Shown: positions 59,183 through 64,000 of the stretch, piece by piece
How positions within the stretch are numbered: the first letter of the stretch is position 1
Layout: every line of letters begins with the position of its first letter
NCBI GenBank assembly: GCA_965198115.1
Contig: OZ240241.1
Span: 6,688,001 to 6,752,000 of the forward strand
Source of the DNA: Candidatus Latescibacterota bacterium
GTDB lineage: Bacteria; Latescibacterota; UBA2968
Direction: 5' to 3'
Length of the DNA: 64,000 nucleotides
Program-made: the position numbers and the translations under genes
Notes under the pieces: model-generated
The model's input: only the letters and a program-made list of their open reading frames with translations
What the model was told of the DNA's origin: nothing
Databases searched by the model: none

Positions 59183-60750
59183 AAGAAGATCTGAAACACG
59201 AGTGCGGTCTGGCCGCCCTCTATTGGTTGGACGAACCCTACGTGGAGAACGGGGCGGCGCTGAAAGGTCTGGAGAGCGTGGCGGGTCTGATGCCGTCGAT
59301 GCTGCTCGATCTGCAGAATCGGGGACAGCTGGCGGCGGGGATGACGAGCTACGATCCAGATCGTACGCAGATTCTGCACACGTTCAAGGACGTCGGAACG
59401 GTGTCCGAAGTGTTCCGCATGTCGCACACGGGCAAACACGCTTCGATTCTGGAAGAGTACTCGGGACGGGCTGCGATCGGGCACACACGGTATGCGACGA
59501 GCGGGCAAGAGGACGATGTACGCTACGCCCAGCCGTTTGAACGTCAGCACGGCCGCGTGTGGAAATGGTTCTCGCTCGCGTTCAACGGCAATCTCGCGAA
59601 CTACACGCAACTTCGTGAACGTTTGCTGTCGAAGCGGGGTTACCACTTCACGCTGAACACGGACACGGAAATCATCATGCATACGCTCGCCTATCGATTG
59701 CGGGGTGAGCGGATGCCGAATCTGGCGAAGGTGATGGGTAGTCTGGCACGCGATTTCGACGGGGCGTTCAACATCACGTTTCTGGACGCGGCGGGGCGGA
59801 TGTTCGTGTCGCGAGATCCGAAAGGGTTTCGCCCACTGTGCTGGGCCGTACAAGGGCGGTTGTTCGGCGCGGCCAACGAGTCGACGGCCCTGTTGAACCT
59901 CGGTTTCAAGGAGATCCATCACCTGGAGCCCGGGGAGATGGCGATCGTCGAAGACGGACGATTGCGTATCGAGCGCTATGCCAGGGCCGAAAAGCCGTCA
60001 CGGTGCTTCTTCGAGTGGGTCTATTTTTCGAACGTGGCGAGCGAGATCGATGACCAGGGGGTCTACCAGTCGAGGGCGCGGGCCGGACGGATCCTGGCAG
60101 AGATGGAGGATGAGGATATCGGGGATGACTGTATCGTCGTGCCCGTGCCGGATACGGCGAAGGCGGCGGCCGATGCGTACGCTTTCCAGGTAGGTGCGCC
60201 GTGTATGGAAGGCGTGATCCGGAACCGCTACGTGGGGCGGACTTTCATCCAGCCGGTGAGTACTCGAGAGAAGAGTGCTAAAAGCAAGTACACGACGGTA
60301 CGTTCGCTGATGCAGGGTCAGCGGGTGTTTCTGGTCGAGGACTCGATCGTTCGCTCGCTGACGATGAAGACGTTGGTCGAGCAGATCAAGGAGAACGGGG
60401 TGGCCGCAGAAGTGCACTTGCGTGTCGCCTGCCCACCCATCGTGAGTCCCTGTTTTTACGGGATCAACATGTCGACGGTGGAGGAGTTGTTCGCGCCTCG
60501 ATTCAGCCCCGGGCGTTACAGGGGTGATCCGACGCAGAAAATGCTGAAGCAGATGGCACGATCGCTGAAGGTCGACAGTCTGAAGTATTTGCCTACGAGC
60601 GTACTGGGCGATAGCATCAACGTGGATCAGGAATCGCTCTGTCTAGGCTGTGTGACGGCGAAATATCCGACGTCGTGGGGGAACCGGATGTATCGGCGGG
60701 CGAAGGCTTTGGTTGGAGGTGAGAAGGTGGAGGAGGAAGTCAAAGTGTAG
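59179..60750 (+). CDS. purF: Amidophosphoribosyltransferase (Fe-S type)
   Basis: Propeptide HE|CG; motifs QNRGQ, GHTRYAT, CFFEWVYF, NRYVGRTFI, EDSIVR, PCFYGI, CLGC; GTGA overlap with the upstream stop. Confidence 0.95.
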   Translation: MKEDLKHECGLAALYWLDEPYVENGAALKGLESVAGLMPSMLLDLQNRGQLAAGMTSYDPDRTQILHTFKDVGTVSEVFRMSHTGKHASILEEYSGRAAIGHTRYATSGQEDDVRYAQPFERQHGRVWKWFSLAFNGNLANYTQLRERLLSKRGYHFTLNTDTEIIMHTLAYRLRGERMPNLAKVMGSLARDFDGAFNITFLDAAGRMFVSRDPKGFRPLCWAVQGRLFGAANESTALLNLGFKEIHHLEPGEMAIVEDGRLRIERYARAEKPSRCFFEWVYFSNVASEIDDQGVYQSRARAGRILAEMEDEDIGDDCIVVPVPDTAKAAADAYAFQVGAPCMEGVIRNRYVGRTFIQPVSTREKSAKSKYTTVRSLMQGQRVFLVEDSIVRSLTMKTLVEQIKENGVAAEVHLRVACPPIVSPCFYGINMSTVEELFAPRFSPGRYRGDPTQKMLKQMARSLKVDSLKYLPTSVLGDSINVDQESLCLGCVTAKYPTSWGNRMYRRAKALVGGEKVEEEVKV

Positions 60751-60923
60751 AACGCAAAATGCAAATTGAGACATTGTCGCCGCGTGATCGATTCAGGATC
60801 ACGCGGCATTTTTTTTGAAGTCCTACGAAAGATGGTTCCTTCCCTTTGGTTCCACGATGGGCCTTTCGCTCGCCCCCGTGCTGTGCACGGGGACAGACAT
60901 TCCGCCCTGCGCGCTTCACTACC

Positions 60924-61190
60924 TCACCTTAAAGATGCGGTGTGCGCCAACGCCTCCTCCGGTGACCCCTCGAACAGGACGATCCGCCCACGCCGCGCCA
61001 CTGATTCCCCCCTGGCCAACGGTCCGACGCGAACCGAGAGGTGCATGCAATCCCAAGGGTTATGTCCCTGAGCGGAGATGAAATCGTCCCACGCGATGGC
61101 GGCGACCCAACGATCGTCGGAGGATTGACGAATCAACGCGCCTTGGGTCGCATTTGATGGGGCGGTGGGCCATTTGTGGGAGAAGACGTA
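60924..61190 (-). pseudogene. Orphan 3' fragment of a conserved hypothetical gene
   Basis: VFSHKWPT..W..FISAQGHNPWDCMHLSVRVGPL; its 5' side abuts the opposite-strand sensor fragment. Confidence 0.5.
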
Positions 61191-64000
61191 ATCGCCATTG
61201 CTACAGACACGACGCTTCACACATCGAACAACGTCGCGACTGGAATCGAAGGTCTGTTTCCCGATTTGCGTGTCTTACGGGTTCCTCCAGAGGTCGTCCC
61301 GAGACGTCGATGGATCGATCCCGTGAAGGGCAATGGGTCCCTCGGGGTGTGGACCGCCTATGTGGGCTTCATGTCGATGCCTCGAGGAAGTGACCAGAAG
61401 AAGCCCGTGGGCATCGTGGCAGAGGGAGGGCCGGCCGATCGAGCAGGTATCGGCGTAGGTGATCTGGTTGAGCGCAACGGCTACTTGAATGATGCGCTAA
61501 ACCAGGGCGCGGTGGGAACCTCCGTCAGCCTTAAAGTACACCAGTCCGATTCGGACGTTTCAGTCTTCGATCTGAAGACGGAGGATCTGTCGGAGCAGAC
61601 ATTCCAGGAGTTTGCCCTGATATGACGTGCAGATCGATAAGCGTGGTCTTGTCTGGGTCGGCCTCGAGAGAGGCGAAATTCGAATATACGACCCCAGCGA
61701 GTCGCGCTGGATCAACCCGACTCCGAGGAACTCAGGTTTCAGAACTGGTACGCAGCCCCTCCTCGCTGTCAGGGGAGACACAGTTGTTTCGATCTCGAAC
61801 AACAGCAGGGCATCAATGTCGGTATTGGCAATCCCCGGCGAGGGTGGGCGTGGACCTACATCGACTCCGGTTTCAACACCAAGCAGACTTCGATTTCTCT
61901 GGTCGAAGGTGGTGCTCTCCTAATCGGCGGCCGCAGGTCGCTGATGCTGAGCAGTATGGCTGGTTTAATCAGCGGCGTGTGGCACGAGTACGAAGCATCT
62001 GAAGTGAGAGACTTCATCTCTGAGAACAGGCTCATCTCGATCCGCTGCCAAGGGTCGAGGGTATGGATGGCCAGTCTCGGAGATTTCGCGGCGTCGATAG
62101 ATCTGACGCCAACATATCTTGGTCTGAACCATCAATTGACGAATCACGACGGGAAAAATTGGTTCATTTCGAGCACTACAGAGGTCGTTACAGAGTCTGA
62201 TGGTGAGTGGACAAGCTACGGAATCGAAGATGGAGTAATTGACCGACCACGTCGAATCGCTGAGTGTGAAGATGGCGTAATCATCGTCGGCAGTCACGAC
62301 TCGTCCGCGGCGATTGCGGAGCCTGAGGGAATCGGTTGGCGCAGGACCCTTTTTCCGCAAGTGTCTCAGGTTCTGGGGGAACGTACGGTCTTCCGCGATT
62401 CGGAGAACAAGGTCTGGTTAACGGACTCCTACAAATACGACAAGGATGTACACCGCCAGGGGATGGTGATTCTCGATGGGGATCAACACATCGTTGTCTA
62501 TCCGCCGGAATGCCCCGTAACGAGTTACGGATTGGGTGAGCTTGGGGGACGGCTTTTCGCAGGCTGGTTCGGCGGACTCAAAACAACAAGTGTTGCTGAT
62601 TATGATGATTGGGAGGATTCCAGCTTTCCGTGGAGTAGCGACGCGATTGACGTCGTATTCAGTATCGGTCCGAACCTCTTCGTCGCACCGCGTGGGGCAA
62701 AAGGAGTGAAAGTAGTCGATCTCGACCTGCAGTTTGTCGAATACGAGGAGCTTATCGGGGTCTTGGGCTTCACCGCATCCGAGGACGGAACTGTCTACGC
62801 CGCAACTCATGAAGGCGTTCGTCGTTTTGACGGCGAATCGTGGAACCCCTACTTCATACCAGATGAGATAGGCATTACAGATCACGGTGAGGTTCACGTT
62901 GGTACCGGCGGTATGTGGCTGAACAGACGTCCATCGACGTGGAGGGCGGCGCCCTGGGCGAAAGTCGAACGGAGCGATTTCAAGACGACGCGCTACACGA
63001 TGGAGACTGAGCCCCCTGAGACGACGTTGCCCGATGTCCCTGAAGGTTCCGATTTAGAATTCGGAAGCGGCATAGTAAGCCTCCGTTGGGACGGGGCCGA
63101 TCGATGGGATGCTACCCCCAAAGCGGAGCTTGCGTTTTCCCAGAGGATCGACGGAGGCGCGTGGTCCGCTTTTACGTCGCACCGGTCGAGGAACTACCGT
63201 AATCTTGGGAGCGGGCGCCACGTCCTCGAGATCCGATCAAGAGATCGGGCGCTCAACGTGGATCCATCTCCGGCACAGATTTCATTTGTCGTTCTTCCAC
63301 CTGTCTGGCGCGACCCGAAGGTGCTTCTCGTTACGGTGGTTCTAGTTGCCGCAGTAAGCACACAATCTATCAGGCTTCTTCGAAGAAGCCGAGAGAGAGT
63401 TCGCGTAGATGTGGAAAGGCAGCGGCTGGACGCGCAACTCCAGCAGCTCAAATTTCTGGACAGTCTGAGGACGTCTTTGGGCGAAACGACAGCGCCTCAA
63501 CAGACGGTTCGAGCAGCAGGTGTCTGCCTGGTAGAGGCTTTGGCATCTGTCGCCACAGCTCGAGCGGAGATCTCATATGAGGGAATGGCATTCGACGCCG
63601 GAGAACAATTCCAGTCCCACAATAAATGCACATATGAGAGGCCGTTGGTGTGGAACGACCGAGACAAGGGTCGGCTCCTACTCGAGACGAGTGCGCCGTT
63701 ATCGGAGGCTCAGGAACGTGTCTTGCTGGACGAGACAGCTGCCCAAATCTCCCGTGTGCTCGGGCCCAGGAGCTCGGTATGCAGCTGCTCCAATCCGCTC
63801 GGCTCGTTTCGATGGGTCAAATGGCGGCCGGTGTGGCGCACGAGTTGAATCAGCCATTAGGGGGGATTTCAGCGACGGCGGAGGACTACTATCTGCGCAT
63901 CCAGGAAGGGCTGAACGTAACGCCCGAGCAGTGGCGGGAGATGCTCAGCGTATCCTTGGAATGGTTGAACGAATGACAGGAACTGTTGACCACCTGCGTG
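61176..64000 (+). pseudogene. Beta-propeller/Y_Y_Y-type sensor histidine kinase with several frameshifts; runs off the window
   Basis: Propeller repeats (GLVWVG, GVRRFDGESW); Ig-like LGSGRHVLEIRSRD..NVDPSPA; TM after PPVWR; H-box AAGVAHELNQPL in a shifted frame. Confidence 0.8.

Overview
A ~60% GC bacterial chromosome segment. The mix of PhyH dioxygenase, tandem mandelate-racemase paralogs, sugar-phosphate isomerases, a long FtsX-type permease and a propeller sensor kinase suggests a large-genome heterotroph such as Latescibacterota (inference only). Core genes: moaB, moaA, ferredoxin-type nitrite/sulfite reductase with partner gene and 7Fe ferredoxin, purA-serA-class V aminotransferase, tig-clpP-clpX-engB, purF. 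A minus-strand accessory array of small enzyme genes and orphan gene 3' ends spans ~17-34 kb. Five insertion sequences of four families are resolved from their ends: ISL3, two near-identical IS256, ISAzo13 and a tnpA-only IS200. ISL3 splits a Tat-exported ankyrin gene, and one IS256 splits an ~870-aa coiled-coil/beta-strand/(PE)19 envelope protein. I found no tRNA, rRNA, CRISPR, integron or DGR. Several genes carry 1-2 nt frameshifts that could be long-read errors. I cannot prove a new system. The best leads are a candidate two-state structured leader RNA upstream of the pentapeptide-moaA genes, the IS-split envelope protein, a transketolase with a rewritten active site, an unannotated Arg9-PPP small ORF, and IS insertions sitting inside short-repeat hairpins.
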